Virus record (IMG/VR): IMGVR_UViG_3300020235_000181
Coordinates: 1-59,854 of that record
Direction: 5' to 3' (one strand)
Length of the DNA: 59,854 bases
From: a virus
Lineage: Duplodnaviria; Caudoviricetes
Positions within the stretch are counted from its first letter, which is position 1. Every line of letters begins with the position of its first letter. Made by a program: the position numbers and the translations under genes. Of this stretch, positions 20,418 to 31,527 are shown piece after piece. Under the pieces are notes generated by a model. The model saw only the letters and a list, made by a program, of their open reading frames with translations. It had not been told where the DNA came from and made no database searches.

Positions 20418-20928
20418 AAAATGTATGTTTCCATTTCAAGGATGTACTTGTGGTAAATGTATTACAGGTGCGTATGATGGAAAAGTAGTACAACCTATTC
20501 GTACACCTACATCAGTAGATCCTTATTCAATTAATGATTTAGACCATATTGAATTTGTAACTAAAGACAGTGGTGAACGCAGACACTTTGACACAGGTGC
20601 TCAAAGAGATGTAGCAACAAACAAGGGGAGATACGATCTAATATCACCAATAGTAATGGATAGACTTGCTAAACTGATGGAAAGGGGTGCAGTAAAGTAT
20701 GATGATCGCAACTGGGAAAAAGGTATGCCACTTCACGTATATGTTGATTCAGGCTTGCGACACATATACAAGTTCTTGGAAGGTCATAGGGATGAAGATC
20801 ATTTGATCGCAGCTATTTGGAATTTTTCAGCACTACTACACATAGAGGAAATGATCAAGCGTGGGAAGTTATCGAAAGACTTAAATGACTTACCAAATTA
20901 TATTGAGGAAGATAATGAGTCAAAGTAA
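20401..20928 (+). CDS. dATP/dGTP diphosphohydrolase (DUF5664-like)
   Basis: 'KGRYDLI...GAVKYDDRNWEKG...RH...EDHL.A..WN' signature. Confidence 0.8.
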   Translation: MRRLTEKCMFPFQGCTCGKCITGAYDGKVVQPIRTPTSVDPYSINDLDHIEFVTKDSGERRHFDTGAQRDVATNKGRYDLISPIVMDRLAKLMERGAVKYDDRNWEKGMPLHVYVDSGLRHIYKFLEGHRDEDHLIAAIWNFSALLHIEEMIKRGKLSKDLNDLPNYIEEDNESK

Positions 20929-21187
20929 ACTTGCATCGTTCCTAGAATCAGTAAATGCAGCTGCGTTTGCAGCTCCAACAGCCATGCTGTTACACAAGGC
21001 AACAATTATTGTTGCAGGGGAGAATATGCTTAATGAAAATCAGGACTTGTATGTGTTTCTAACTTGGATTACATTCTTCCTACACAGCATAGCATGGAAG
21101 TTCGTTTTAAGAAGGGTATATGAACATTACGGTTATAAACTAGATCCCAAATATATTTATTATAAGATAAGAAGTGTAATAGCATGA
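20915..21187 (+). CDS. Small membrane protein
   Basis: MSQSKLASFLES followed by two hydrophobic segments and 'FVLRRVY'. Confidence 0.55.
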   Translation: MSQSKLASFLESVNAAAFAAPTAMLLHKATIIVAGENMLNENQDLYVFLTWITFFLHSIAWKFVLRRVYEHYGYKLDPKYIYYKIRSVIA

Positions 21188-21250
21188 AAAAGGGATGGAA
21201 GAAGATAGAAATAGAGGGAATTGATGATAAAATTATTCATGCAGAGGTAG

Positions 21251-21697
21251 ATGGTGTACCAACAAAGGAGTTTAATAAGAATGAAAAAAGCAAAAAATAA
21301 TCAGTCACAGTCGCATTTCTCATATAAGAATGATGATGTTGATTTAGTTGAAGTCGGACAATTTATTAGAGATACTTTTAAGTGTAGGGTAGAAAGAGAA
21401 TGGTATATAGTTTTTGATAAATGGTCAGGTACATATAAAGGATTTACAGCAAGTACAGCAATAGGCTTTGCTAATACTGTTAGAAATCCCGACTTGATGA
21501 TAATAAAAAACAATAAGATTAAACTAATAATCGAGATAGATGGTGGAATACACGACAAGAAGTTATTAGATACTGAAAAACGTAACGAAGATTATTTTCT
21601 TGCGGGATTACCATTTATAGTAATAAGCAAGTTAGAAATAGAAACAACTATATTCGACTTGGTATATAAAAAGGTTAGTGAGAAAATTGGTAATTAA
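21251..21697 (+). CDS. DUF559/Vsr-like PD-(D/E)XK endonuclease
   Basis: 'PDL...IIEIDGGIH...T.KRN' motif. Confidence 0.7.
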   Translation: MVYQQRSLIRMKKAKNNQSQSHFSYKNDDVDLVEVGQFIRDTFKCRVEREWYIVFDKWSGTYKGFTASTAIGFANTVRNPDLMIIKNNKIKLIIEIDGGIHDKKLLDTEKRNEDYFLAGLPFIVISKLEIETTIFDLVYKKVSEKIGN

Positions 21698-21953
21698 TTT
21701 ATATGTAGGTAAGGAATTTGAAGAGTTCTTTGATCAGATAAAAGTAATATCTGAGGCTAATGGAGTCTCCAATGCAAAACTAATTGGAAAGGCTGTTAAA
21801 AACTATATAAAAGAACTTAACGATGATGTAGATATAATAAACAGGGATGCGTTTAACAAATTTTTAAAGACAGCAAAGAAAGAAGAGATATTAAATCTTA
21901 GTACACTTATATGTGAGCTAAACAATAAACTAATTAGAAAATGTCAGAAATAA
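21678..21953 (+). CDS. Ribbon-helix-helix transcription regulator
   Basis: 'INLYV...I..ISEANGVS.AKLI.KAVKNY' pattern. Confidence 0.55.
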   Translation: MRKLVINLYVGKEFEEFFDQIKVISEANGVSNAKLIGKAVKNYIKELNDDVDIINRDAFNKFLKTAKKEEILNLSTLICELNNKLIRKCQK

Positions 21954-23482
21954 ATAGTATGCTATTAAACGGAGATAGTTTAATAGAATTAAAAAAACTG
22001 CCGGATAACAGTATTGATTTAATAGTAACCGATCCGCCATACGGTTATGCTTTTATGGCAAAGGAATGGGACAAGGCACTACCAGACAAGCGTATATGGA
22101 AAGAGTGTCTTAGAGTGTTAAAATCAGGTAGCTTTGCGTATGTAATGTCAGCACCAAGACAGGATGTTCTAGCAAGAATGATGATCGACTTGGAAGATTC
22201 AGGATTTAAGACAGATTTTACAAGTATGTATTGGGCTTATGCAACAGGATTTCCAAAGGCTATGAACATGGGGAAGGCTGTTGATAAGAAACTTGGAAAG
22301 GAACGTGAAATAATTGGAGAAGGAACATTTGGTGGACTGGGAAAATTTGGTAAAGCACAGGGGTTTAGACCAGAAGATTATATAAATAAGTTTAAGTCAG
22401 ATGATCCTATATCAGAAAAGGCTAAAAAATTAAACGGATCATACGCAGGCTTTCAGCCAAAGCCAGCAGTTGAGGTAATCATAGTATGTATGAAGCCATT
22501 AAGTGAAAAAGGTTATCTTGATCAAGCCATGAAGAACGGAAAAGGGGTATCTTGGTTTGACGATTGTAGAATACCATCATCGGATAGTGATGAATATGAC
22601 TTGGAACAAAGAGGTATAAGCAAGGCACATGGAATACAAAAAGATGAATCATTCTTAGATGAGATACATGATCACGACATGAAGCATGGCATAGTTGAAA
22701 AGGGAAGATACCCAGCTAATCTACTTGTGTCTGATAATGCAGTTGATATAGGAATAATAACAAAGGCAAGTGGTGGACAGGTTACAGCAGGGGCAGGCTT
22801 TAACAAGGTAAGGGGGTTTGGTGTAAATACTACAAAGGGTGGAGAAACAACACATCCAGTTACAGATACACCTAAAGATTCGGGTGATTTTAGTAGATAT
22901 TTTGATCTTGATAAATGGTGGGAAACGTGTAAAGCACAATTTATAATCACACCAAAGGCTAGTAAGAGTGAGAAGAATAGAGGACTGGAGGAGTTCAAAG
23001 CAAAGCCAAAAGGAAAGGGCAACATGATAGGAGGCGAGAACTGTAATATGAAAACCGGATCTGGTAATGAAAGGAACTTATATTATTTAAACAATCATCC
23101 AACAGTTAAACCATTAAAGTTAATGTCATACCTAATAACACTTGGAAGCAGGGAAGGAGATATTATATTAGATCCATTCATGGGTAGTGGAACAACACCA
23201 TTAGCAAGTAAACAATTAAACAGAAAATACATAGGAATAGAACGTGAGGAAGAATACTTTAAGATATGTTGTGCAAGAGTTGGAGTCGAGCCAACTGTTA
23301 TTAAATTAGGAATACCTGAAAATGAAAATATTAAAGATGCTGAAAAAGATATGGATATGTTTACAGAATTAAGTTTTAAAGATATGGAAGAAACAACTAT
23401 ATGTGAGGTATGTGGTTCTAATTATGAGGGTATGACTTTTGAAGAACATGAAAAAAGACCATTTCATCAGGGGTGTCTATAA
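21941..23482 (+). CDS. N4-C/N6-A DNA methyltransferase (beta class) with C-terminal C2H2-like Zn finger
   Basis: 'TDPPY', 'HPTVKP', 'LDPFMGSGTT' and terminal CEVC...H...H. Confidence 0.9.
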   Translation: MSEINSMLLNGDSLIELKKLPDNSIDLIVTDPPYGYAFMAKEWDKALPDKRIWKECLRVLKSGSFAYVMSAPRQDVLARMMIDLEDSGFKTDFTSMYWAYATGFPKAMNMGKAVDKKLGKEREIIGEGTFGGLGKFGKAQGFRPEDYINKFKSDDPISEKAKKLNGSYAGFQPKPAVEVIIVCMKPLSEKGYLDQAMKNGKGVSWFDDCRIPSSDSDEYDLEQRGISKAHGIQKDESFLDEIHDHDMKHGIVEKGRYPANLLVSDNAVDIGIITKASGGQVTAGAGFNKVRGFGVNTTKGGETTHPVTDTPKDSGDFSRYFDLDKWWETCKAQFIITPKASKSEKNRGLEEFKAKPKGKGNMIGGENCNMKTGSGNERNLYYLNNHPTVKPLKLMSYLITLGSREGDIILDPFMGSGTTPLASKQLNRKYIGIEREEEYFKICCARVGVEPTVIKLGIPENENIKDAEKDMDMFTELSFKDMEETTICEVCGSNYEGMTFEEHEKRPFHQGCL

Positions 23483-25911
23483 TGACTGAGATAGATACCT
23501 TAAAGGAACTTGGGTTTAATCTTATACCATTAAAGCCTAGAAGCAAAGAGCCTATTGGTGGATTGAACTGGAAACAGTTTCAAGAAGAAAAATACAATGG
23601 TAGTTATCCACCATCATGTAACGTTGCAGTAATATGTGGCAGTACAAGTGGTAATTTATATGTTATTGATCTAGATGATGAATCACTATACTCTGAATTA
23701 CCTAGCAGTATGATGGAAACATATACTGTCAAGACAGGCAAGGGGTTTCACTTATATTTTTACTATACAGGATTTCCAGCACCAAATAAAAAGTTAGATG
23801 ATAAGCGTGGCAGACACATTGATATTAAATCACATGGGGGATATGTACTAGCTTCAGGTAGCATACATCCAAATGGTGATATATACAAGGTAATAAACGA
23901 TTCACCAATCAAGACTTTAGAGGGAAGAGATTTAAAAAATTACCTAGAAGAAATGGGATTTAATGTTGAAACAAAATCCATAGAAGAGATAGAGGGTGGT
24001 ATAAGCGAGGGTGGTAGGAATGATATGACATTCAAATATGCCTGTTCTATGATAAGAGATAGGGGATTATATGGAGAAGCATTAAGATTACAGGTAGATG
24101 AGTTAAACAGTAAACACAGTCCACCATTATCTGATAGTGAAGTTACACTTATTATAGATTCAGCTACAAAGGCTGAGAAGGCAAGCATGATCAAGCATAT
24201 ACGTGATGCTAGATCAGTAGTAGAGCAGTTGTCAAATGCACCAAAGGTAATTACAATGCAAGAGATAACTCCAAGCTTTGAGAACAAGCCTATAACATTC
24301 GACTGTATGATTATTGCAGTTGGTGAAAGAATGACATATACAGTTGAGGCAGACTGTTCATGTCTTATATGTCAAAAGGTAATGAGAGTAATATGTGATG
24401 ATATGCACCAATTACAAATGCCATTCTGCATGAAACATAAAAGACCTTATGACATTGATGAATCTACAAAAGTTACAGCATATATACAGCAGTTAAGAAT
24501 ACAGGAATTTTTGGAAAATGCTAGAAATTCAAGTCCTATTCAGTTCGATGCAGAGATAACTGATGAATCAGTCGGGGAAGCATTTATAAGCGACAGAAAA
24601 ACCATTACAGCAAAATTCAGAAGCGTACCAAAGAAGAACAGCCCATACAATAACATTGTATTTCAGATAACAGATATGACTGACTTGGAACAAAAGGAAG
24701 GTTGCCTGCCAACTCCCGAAGAGGTAGAAAAGTGGAAGAGTATAAATATATTTAGCAGGGTTACGGAGAGCATAGCACCAGACATATACATGAACAAGAT
24801 GATCGTACAGTCGTTAATACTGTGGGCTTGTGGTGGTAATTCATTAAACGGCAAGCGTGATCTCATACACATGGCTATACTTGGAGATGCCCAGTTGGGT
24901 AAGACAGAATTATTACTTAAAATGCACAAGATATTGGTTGGATCAGGCTATACTGTTGGTAGGAACGTATCAGGTGCAGGGCTTACTATTGCTATGGTAA
25001 AAATGTATAACGGTGTTATGATACCCGAAGCTGGTTATTTTCCACAGCATACAGGACACCCATGTATTATTGATGAGATTGATAAGATGGAAAAGAAAGA
25101 TCACAACGTATGTCTTGAAGTAATGGAGAACCAAACAACAACAAACAACAAGGCTGGAAGTCATGGTGGTATGACATTACCCACAGTATGCCAGTTATTA
25201 GTTGCTGGAAATCCAAAGAACGGCAAGTTTAACCCAAAATACCCTAGTGTAATGGATAACTTTGACATGGAAATGCCATTTGTTTCACGTTTTGATCTGT
25301 TATGGATGCTTACAGATGAGAACAGTCCTGAAACAGACATTAAAATCATACAACATATTAGAAGTTATGAAAAAAGAAAGGACAGATACATGAAAATGGA
25401 TGAGTTACAGCGTTACTTTGAATATATTAAGACAATAGATGCAGTAATATCTGACAAGTTTTTGGATAAGATAGACATATTACACAGGAAGATGAGATTG
25501 CTTAATGTAGAATCTGGAGTGCCAATAGGAATAAGACAGTATCATGGACTATATAGACTGGTAACAGCCTGTGCCAAAGCACATTTAAGAACAGAGGTAA
25601 CTGATGAGGACTTTGAGATAGTAGAGAATATAATAATAGAGTCATACAAGAGTATGAAGATGGACTTGGAAACGGGGGTGGTATCGGATAAAATGATAAC
25701 TAAAAAGAATACGTTTGATACACAAATACTTGAAGTATGGAAAAGTTGTATGGATAATGATCTTGACGGTACGGTTGACAAGCAAGAGTTTATAAATGCA
25801 CTTAATGTTAAACGAGAAAAACTTGATGGTGGAAGGATAGCTAATAACTTGTTAGATGGTGTTGGATTTGTATTTGACAACGACATGGAAAGGTGGAAGA
25901 AAGTTGGCTAA
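23482..25911 (+). CDS. mcm: Bifunctional primase-polymerase fused to MCM helicase
   Basis: N-terminal prim-pol ('VIDLD', 'TGKGFHLYF', 'GGYV...SIHPNG'), PriCT-like 'EGGRND', then MCM Walker A 'GDAQLGKT', Walker B 'IIDEIDKM' and arginine finger 'SRFD'. Confidence 0.9.
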   Translation: MTEIDTLKELGFNLIPLKPRSKEPIGGLNWKQFQEEKYNGSYPPSCNVAVICGSTSGNLYVIDLDDESLYSELPSSMMETYTVKTGKGFHLYFYYTGFPAPNKKLDDKRGRHIDIKSHGGYVLASGSIHPNGDIYKVINDSPIKTLEGRDLKNYLEEMGFNVETKSIEEIEGGISEGGRNDMTFKYACSMIRDRGLYGEALRLQVDELNSKHSPPLSDSEVTLIIDSATKAEKASMIKHIRDARSVVEQLSNAPKVITMQEITPSFENKPITFDCMIIAVGERMTYTVEADCSCLICQKVMRVICDDMHQLQMPFCMKHKRPYDIDESTKVTAYIQQLRIQEFLENARNSSPIQFDAEITDESVGEAFISDRKTITAKFRSVPKKNSPYNNIVFQITDMTDLEQKEGCLPTPEEVEKWKSINIFSRVTESIAPDIYMNKMIVQSLILWACGGNSLNGKRDLIHMAILGDAQLGKTELLLKMHKILVGSGYTVGRNVSGAGLTIAMVKMYNGVMIPEAGYFPQHTGHPCIIDEIDKMEKKDHNVCLEVMENQTTTNNKAGSHGGMTLPTVCQLLVAGNPKNGKFNPKYPSVMDNFDMEMPFVSRFDLLWMLTDENSPETDIKIIQHIRSYEKRKDRYMKMDELQRYFEYIKTIDAVISDKFLDKIDILHRKMRLLNVESGVPIGIRQYHGLYRLVTACAKAHLRTEVTDEDFEIVENIIIESYKSMKMDLETGVVSDKMITKKNTFDTQILEVWKSCMDNDLDGTVDKQEFINALNVKREKLDGGRIANNLLDGVGFVFDNDMERWKKVG

Positions 25912-26491
25912 GACAAAATATGAAGATGGTAAGACTTCTGTATGGGGATTAAGAAAACTTGGTGGATATGCAGGGGTTAAACATACAGCTAAACAAATAA
26001 TTGATTTAATACCAGATATAAATAAATATACATTATATGTAGAACCATTTGCAGGGCTTGGTAGAACTGCTGAACATATAAAAATACCAATGGTATTGAA
26101 TGATTTGGGAAAACTATCAAACGAATATTGTAAAGATAAATTTAACGCAATAGTAGAAAACATGGATTTTAAGGAAACTATGATGAAATATGATAGCACT
26201 ACAACTATATTTATTATTGATCCACCGTGGAGATTCGATACATATACTGAAACCTCTTATACAGTTTGTGACAGAACTGTTATAGAATACTATCAACAGA
26301 TATTAGATATTGTATGTAATATACAGGGGGATTGGTTAATACTATCAAGTTATGACGAACATGAGCAGAAAGGAATACTTCGTAAGAGTAAATGGAATTG
26401 CAGAGAAGTACAGAGTGAAAAGCAAGTTATATTTGGTAAATATGCAAGGACTTTGATATGTTCAAATATATTTGGGAAAGATAATGGGTAA
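25904..26491 (+). CDS. Compact DNA adenine methyltransferase (D12/Dam-like)
   Basis: 'YAGVK', 'YVEPFAG', 'LND' and 'IDPPW'; TTG start at 25904 overlaps the mcm stop. Confidence 0.75.
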   Translation: MAKTKYEDGKTSVWGLRKLGGYAGVKHTAKQIIDLIPDINKYTLYVEPFAGLGRTAEHIKIPMVLNDLGKLSNEYCKDKFNAIVENMDFKETMMKYDSTTTIFIIDPPWRFDTYTETSYTVCDRTVIEYYQQILDIVCNIQGDWLILSSYDEHEQKGILRKSKWNCREVQSEKQVIFGKYARTLICSNIFGKDNG

Positions 26492-26834
26492 ACTATCTGA
26501 TCTCAAAGATCAAAGAAATGAAATGGATTGGGATCACCCAGATCGTGTAAAGATTGAGGGTGAAATCAACAGGATTGAACAATGGTGTATAGATAACAAG
26601 AAAGGATATGTCACAAAACTTACAACTTGGCGTAAAGGGCAGAAGAAATGGAAACCATTTGGATTTGGGGAAGAATTTGAACAAATAGGGCAGATAATAG
26701 TAGAGATAAAGCAAGACAAGGTAATAACTGCAAAATACAAGTGCGGTAAGTGTTGGAATATATGTATTCATCATACAACATATAATTACTGTGTTAAGTG
26801 CAATAATAAACCCCAGATAGTATATTGTTCATAA
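26472..26834 (+). CDS. Hypothetical Zn-ribbon protein
   Basis: C-terminal CGKC...CVKC. Confidence 0.5.
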   Translation: MGKIMGKLSDLKDQRNEMDWDHPDRVKIEGEINRIEQWCIDNKKGYVTKLTTWRKGQKKWKPFGFGEEFEQIGQIIVEIKQDKVITAKYKCGKCWNICIHHTTYNYCVKCNNKPQIVYCS

Positions 26835-27309
26835 CTTTTATATATAACAGTTACTCTTATATAGCATGGGAGAATTAAAGCAATTTGACAAGGTTTTTGT
26901 AGCCGAGGATGTTTTGAGTGGCGGTTGTTTAGATGAAATATGCGAACATTTAAATATAAAAGATATTGAAGAAGAAGAATGACATGGAAATACGTTGCAG
27001 GGGATAATTACGATTTAAAACAACTTAAAGGATTTAGAGATTTTTTTAAATCTGATTTTGAAAGTGCAACTAATGAATATATAAAATCACTCAATTATAG
27101 AAAATGGGGGTTGCCTAATTGGAGAATAAACCACCTTAGAATTAGTATGGGTATGGAAGAAGCAAGAACTAACTTATATACTATTATAAAAGTTATAGAA
27201 GTTATTGAGAGGGAAAATAAATAATGGCTAATTCCTGTGTTATCTGTTTTCATTTCAAAAAATTGAAAGGTAAAGAAATATGTTATGTTTGTAATGGGAG
27301 AAATGAACA

Positions 27310-27852
27310 ATGCCTATAATTTGGAAAACAAAGAAGATTAACATACAGAATTATTACAAGATAATTAGACGTACTATAATATTCAATTCAAGCTATTCAT
27401 ATTGGAAGTTATTTAAAAAGGAATGGAAAGTAACTGTTATACCTGTTGATCAAGCAGGGGAATATTCCCAATTTTATCAGCACTTAGCTGGTAATGTTGA
27501 AAGGTTTAGCGAGGGTATTGCATGGGGAATAACAGGTATGAAAGAAATGGTATTGTTTGTAGTGGACAGCAGAAATCCATTCATTATAAGAAGTAACGCC
27601 ATGCCTATATCACACGAATTACTCCATGCTATATATATTGATAACGTGGGTACATTCCATATCAAACGCTTCTATGATGCACCAGATGGTAACGAAGGTG
27701 ATCGAGCACCAGCTAGTACGGTTATAGTTCACGATAATTGGTATGGTAGCAGAAAGACATTCAAATTTTGGATTGGTTGGGGAGTTGGTTGGTTGCCTAT
27801 AACAATATCATACATACCATTACATATAGCAAGAAAAATATACTCCATTTAA
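27310..27852 (+). CDS. Possible zincin metallopeptidase-like protein
   Basis: HELLH motif. Confidence 0.4.
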   Translation: MPIIWKTKKINIQNYYKIIRRTIIFNSSYSYWKLFKKEWKVTVIPVDQAGEYSQFYQHLAGNVERFSEGIAWGITGMKEMVLFVVDSRNPFIIRSNAMPISHELLHAIYIDNVGTFHIKRFYDAPDGNEGDRAPASTVIVHDNWYGSRKTFKFWIGWGVGWLPITISYIPLHIARKIYSI

Positions 27853-27983
27853 TTCTTTTAAATACTATTAAGCGTTGATTTACTGACCTTCACACTCTTG
27901 GAATAACTTACCACAAGTTAGACACCAAGCATGAGTATCTTCTATTCTTATTAAATGACTACTATACTTATCGTCACACAGTC

Positions 27984-28499
27984 TCATTTCTTCTTAAACC
28001 ATACCCACAGGTATGTAAGCCTGCTTACAAATTCTGATTCCTTTCCATACTTATAAAACTTGATCTTTCCTAAATTACCAATTACTATACTACCGTCTAA
28101 TATACAAGGCATTAGTTGTTGTGCGTACTTGTTACCCAAGTCATTCCAACACATTAGCATTACAATATCTATGTTATTTCTTTCCCATTGATCATACGCC
28201 TTGGCAACAAACTTACCGTTCTTTGATCTAGGTGGATTACAAAACACAGAAGCACCGCCAAAAGTTCCAGTTCCTCCATGTAGTTCGGGTTTCTTACACT
28301 TTGTATTTAGATCACTAATCTCATGCACTACCCATTCCTGTTCTAACGCATTTAGATCCTCGTCTATAAATTCATTACACTTTGCATTGAGTTCATCTGC
28401 ACATACATCCAAGCCGAAATATAGTTTTGTTTTTTCTTGTAAATAATTAAATAACCATTGTGGTGTCTCAAAATAATCGTCTTTGTGTGCTAGGCTCAT
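27984..28499 (-). CDS. Phage-type N6-adenine DNA methyltransferase
   Basis: 'D.FETPQWLF', 'LDVCA...NAKC' and 'VFCNPPR'. Confidence 0.8.
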   Translation of the reverse strand: MSLAHKDDYFETPQWLFNYLQEKTKLYFGLDVCADELNAKCNEFIDEDLNALEQEWVVHEISDLNTKCKKPELHGGTGTFGGASVFCNPPRSKNGKFVAKAYDQWERNNIDIVMLMCWNDLGNKYAQQLMPCILDGSIVIGNLGKIKFYKYGKESEFVSRLTYLWVWFKKK

Positions 28500-28524
28500 T
28501 GATATATAATTATTAATGCCACAT

Positions 28525-28878
28525 TTAAGTCTTTGTCATTTTTCTAGCCATACTTAACTTATTCCAAAGTTTATCTCCATATCTGCAAGCCTGTCCTAGT
28601 GCATGATGATGTGTGTTACATAAGAACATGAATCGATCAGGGTTATTAACTATTAATGGATATAGATCAGTTAGGTATTGCTTTCTGTTTGCATCATTGT
28701 GTGGTAAATACTTCTTATCACTATATATAACATCATTGTTTACTAAATATCTTCTATGGTGTACTACCATTCCACGCTTGGAAGTTATACATCCACACAT
28801 AAAACATTTGCCAAGACCGTGCTTGCATTTTTGACCACACTTTGCAATCAGTTCAGGTATATCTCGTTTAAGTGTCAT
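28525..28878 (-). CDS. HNH-like protein
   Basis: 'CFMCG...VVHH...LCNTHH' pattern. Confidence 0.5.
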   Translation of the reverse strand: MTLKRDIPELIAKCGQKCKHGLGKCFMCGCITSKRGMVVHHRRYLVNNDVIYSDKKYLPHNDANRKQYLTDLYPLIVNNPDRFMFLCNTHHHALGQACRYGDKLWNKLSMARKMTKT

Positions 28879-29087
28879 ATACTACTTGTGTTAAACTGAC
28901 CTTTTATATAAGCGTTGAAGTATTTACCCTTACTCTTGGCTTGTTTAAACAAACTCCAAGTTTCTTCATCAACGCCCTCACACTCATATATTTCACCCTC
29001 TTCTCCTATATATATCTGCATACGCTGAGTTTCACTATCCCACTTTGCTCCCATGATCCAACTACTTCCCGCAAAACTATCTTCCAT
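28875..29087 (-). CDS. KTSC domain protein
   Basis: 'SSWI...WD......I......YE..GV.......F..A.SKGKYFN.YIKG'. Confidence 0.85.
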   Translation of the reverse strand: MEDSFAGSSWIMGAKWDSETQRMQIYIGEEGEIYECEGVDEETWSLFKQAKSKGKYFNAYIKGQFNTSSI

Positions 29088-29977
29088 TAGTCTAATCCAA
29101 GCTCCCTTTTTATTTCCTCTAATGTATAAAACTTACCATCTTCAAATTCCTTTAAACTTTTTTTAATATCTTTCATATCTTGTGTATTTAATTCATTATA
29201 CCTCATGTTTTTATGTGTTAGACATGGACAAAACTTATCAAACATCCAGTTTAGTATGTTAAACATATTACTTATTACCCAAGTCCTTATATAAATCTTC
29301 GTGTAGCAGATTCTCATGGATCAGATTCTTTATGAAATCAAACAACATACTACGTTGCTCAGGCGTTTTATATAGTTTTAACATAAACTTGTTTACGAAA
29401 TCATCCTGAAACGTGCCTAGATATTTGTCCAACCCATCCTCCTGAAGAGTGGGGAGCAACTGCTGAAGTTTATTTAATAGTGTCTCACAGTATTGATCGG
29501 GTATTGGTATTTGATTAATACCAAATTTAAGTTCAACATTCCTAATCCATTCCCAAAACTCTAACGCTTTGTTCATTTTCCTTTTTCTAATTCTTCATTA
29601 TCAAATTCATTTTTAAGATAATTAATACCTCTAAAATACAAGTGTATTGTTTCTTGATTCCTTATATACCAATAAAGGCATATTATGATGGTAATAGGTA
29701 GTCCTATAAATGGTATCAAAAGTAAAAACATACTTAGAGCTGGTAATAAGAATAGTCGTCTTGCTTTAATCATTACACTTACACCCTATTTCTACATGAT
29801 CCCAAAACCATATTAAAAATACTGCGAATAAAGAAACACCTATAAAAATATCAAGTGTGATAATTAGTGCAAATACAAATTTATGTATTGGAAATAAAAA
29901 GGCTATATTTGGTAATAGACTAGCACCAAATAATATAACCCAACCTTGTTTACAAGTGAATGGTAGTTTTATATTAA

Positions 29978-30211
29978 TCAATTCATTTCAATCCCATACT
30001 CTACTCTACCACCCCTTGCTCTTAACTGTTCCTTATACTTTGTACTTCGGGGTTTTTTGCGTAAACGTGTACTACAACATGGACAATATAATCCCGCCCA
30101 ATTAATATATAAAGAGCATATTTGACACCTACTTTGACCACTTTCATATCTGCCTTTACCCACAGGTTTTTTAGCCTTATACCTTAGACATTCTACACCA
30201 TTACAACCCAT
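29978..30211 (-). CDS. Cys-rich small protein resembling a Nitrososphaeria family
   Basis: 'C.G..C.RYKA.KP.G.GRY..GQ.RCQIC...I.W.GL.CPCC..RLR.KPR' matches a family I recall from Nitrosopumilus genomes (not verified). Confidence 0.65.
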   Translation of the reverse strand: MGCNGVECLRYKAKKPVGKGRYESGQSRCQICSLYINWAGLYCPCCSTRLRKKPRSTKYKEQLRARGGRVEYGIEMN

Positions 30212-31269
30212 TATTATTCATTCCTCACTATTTCTGCTGTTTTTTCATCTACGTGAAATTCATTCCAATCTATATTATCCTCTTCATTAACAATTTTACG
30301 TGTACGTTTTTTCATTATGGTTTATACCCTTTTAATGTATCTAATATTTGAATATAAGCCTTTACGAATCCCAAATAAAAATACTGTGATGGTTCATCTC
30401 TTGGCTCTAATTCAGTCATGGCAATTATCTTAGCCTGCTTTAATAAATGATCAATTACTTTGTTGTTATGTCTTAGTTTATTCATGTTTAATAGTCTCCC
30501 AATATTTAAACTCATATACTTCATACCATGATTGACCACAATCGTAACATTCAACGGATTGACTCATAGTTTCATCAATGAATGGTTCAAACACATTAGT
30601 ATTAAAACTTTTACACAATGGACAACCATTAGGTTCTTTGCTTCTATTCATTCCAATCCTCTTCTATTACTTCACCATCTGAATCATCATCAAGACTATC
30701 ATATACCATTAACATTTTACACATATATTTATCCACCTTGTTATATTCTGTAATTGCCTTTAAATATGTTTTAGCGAGTATTTCCTGTTGTGGTGATCCC
30801 AACTGTTCCTTGTATTCATATTTTTTCCATATCAATACTTCATATTTTGTATTCATTATAATATCATTACCTCTTGTTTTTTATTTAATAGTTCACAATA
30901 CTCATCAGCCTCTTCTTCTGAATTAAATGAGGCTATCCATTCCTCATCTTCGGGATCAGTTTGGATATAAAACTTATCACCATCTTGACAAACACAGTAT
31001 TCAATAACCTCAACAAGTCTTAACTCTAATGGGGATTCACCATCAGATTCAAATACTTGATATTGTTCATCACCTATCTGTAATATATCACTATCAGGAT
31101 CAAATTCCATAATATTCAAACCATGTTCAGCCAAAACATGACCTCACACATTTTTTACATACATTCATTCCTTTATCAGTATTTTCAACTGTTCGTGTTA
31201 TTGCACACATACCGCAATCAGTTTCAGCGTTAAATATTGAATTACCATACTTATCATATTTTACTGTAT

Positions 31270-31527
31270 TCATTTAACTATACCCCACACTATAACGTTG
31301 CGTTTTGTTTTATGGTCTAATTTCTTACCTCGTCTTACAACTAAGCCTGATTTTACAAGTTCATTAGTTCGGGGAGTTATTTGATTTATAGGTACATCTA
31401 ATGCTACTGATATTTCCCTATTGCTTGCAAATCCAATATCCTTAAACATATCATACACTACCTGTTGCCTTTCACCTAGACCGTATAATATACTTTTGTA
31501 TGCTTCCATAGATGTATCGCTAATCAA
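31270..31527 (-). CDS. Winged helix-turn-helix protein
   Basis: 'SNREIS..L..PINQITPRTNELVKSGLV' pattern. Confidence 0.7.
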   Translation of the reverse strand: MISDTSMEAYKSILYGLGERQQVVYDMFKDIGFASNREISVALDVPINQITPRTNELVKSGLVVRRGKKLDHKTKRNVIVWGIVK

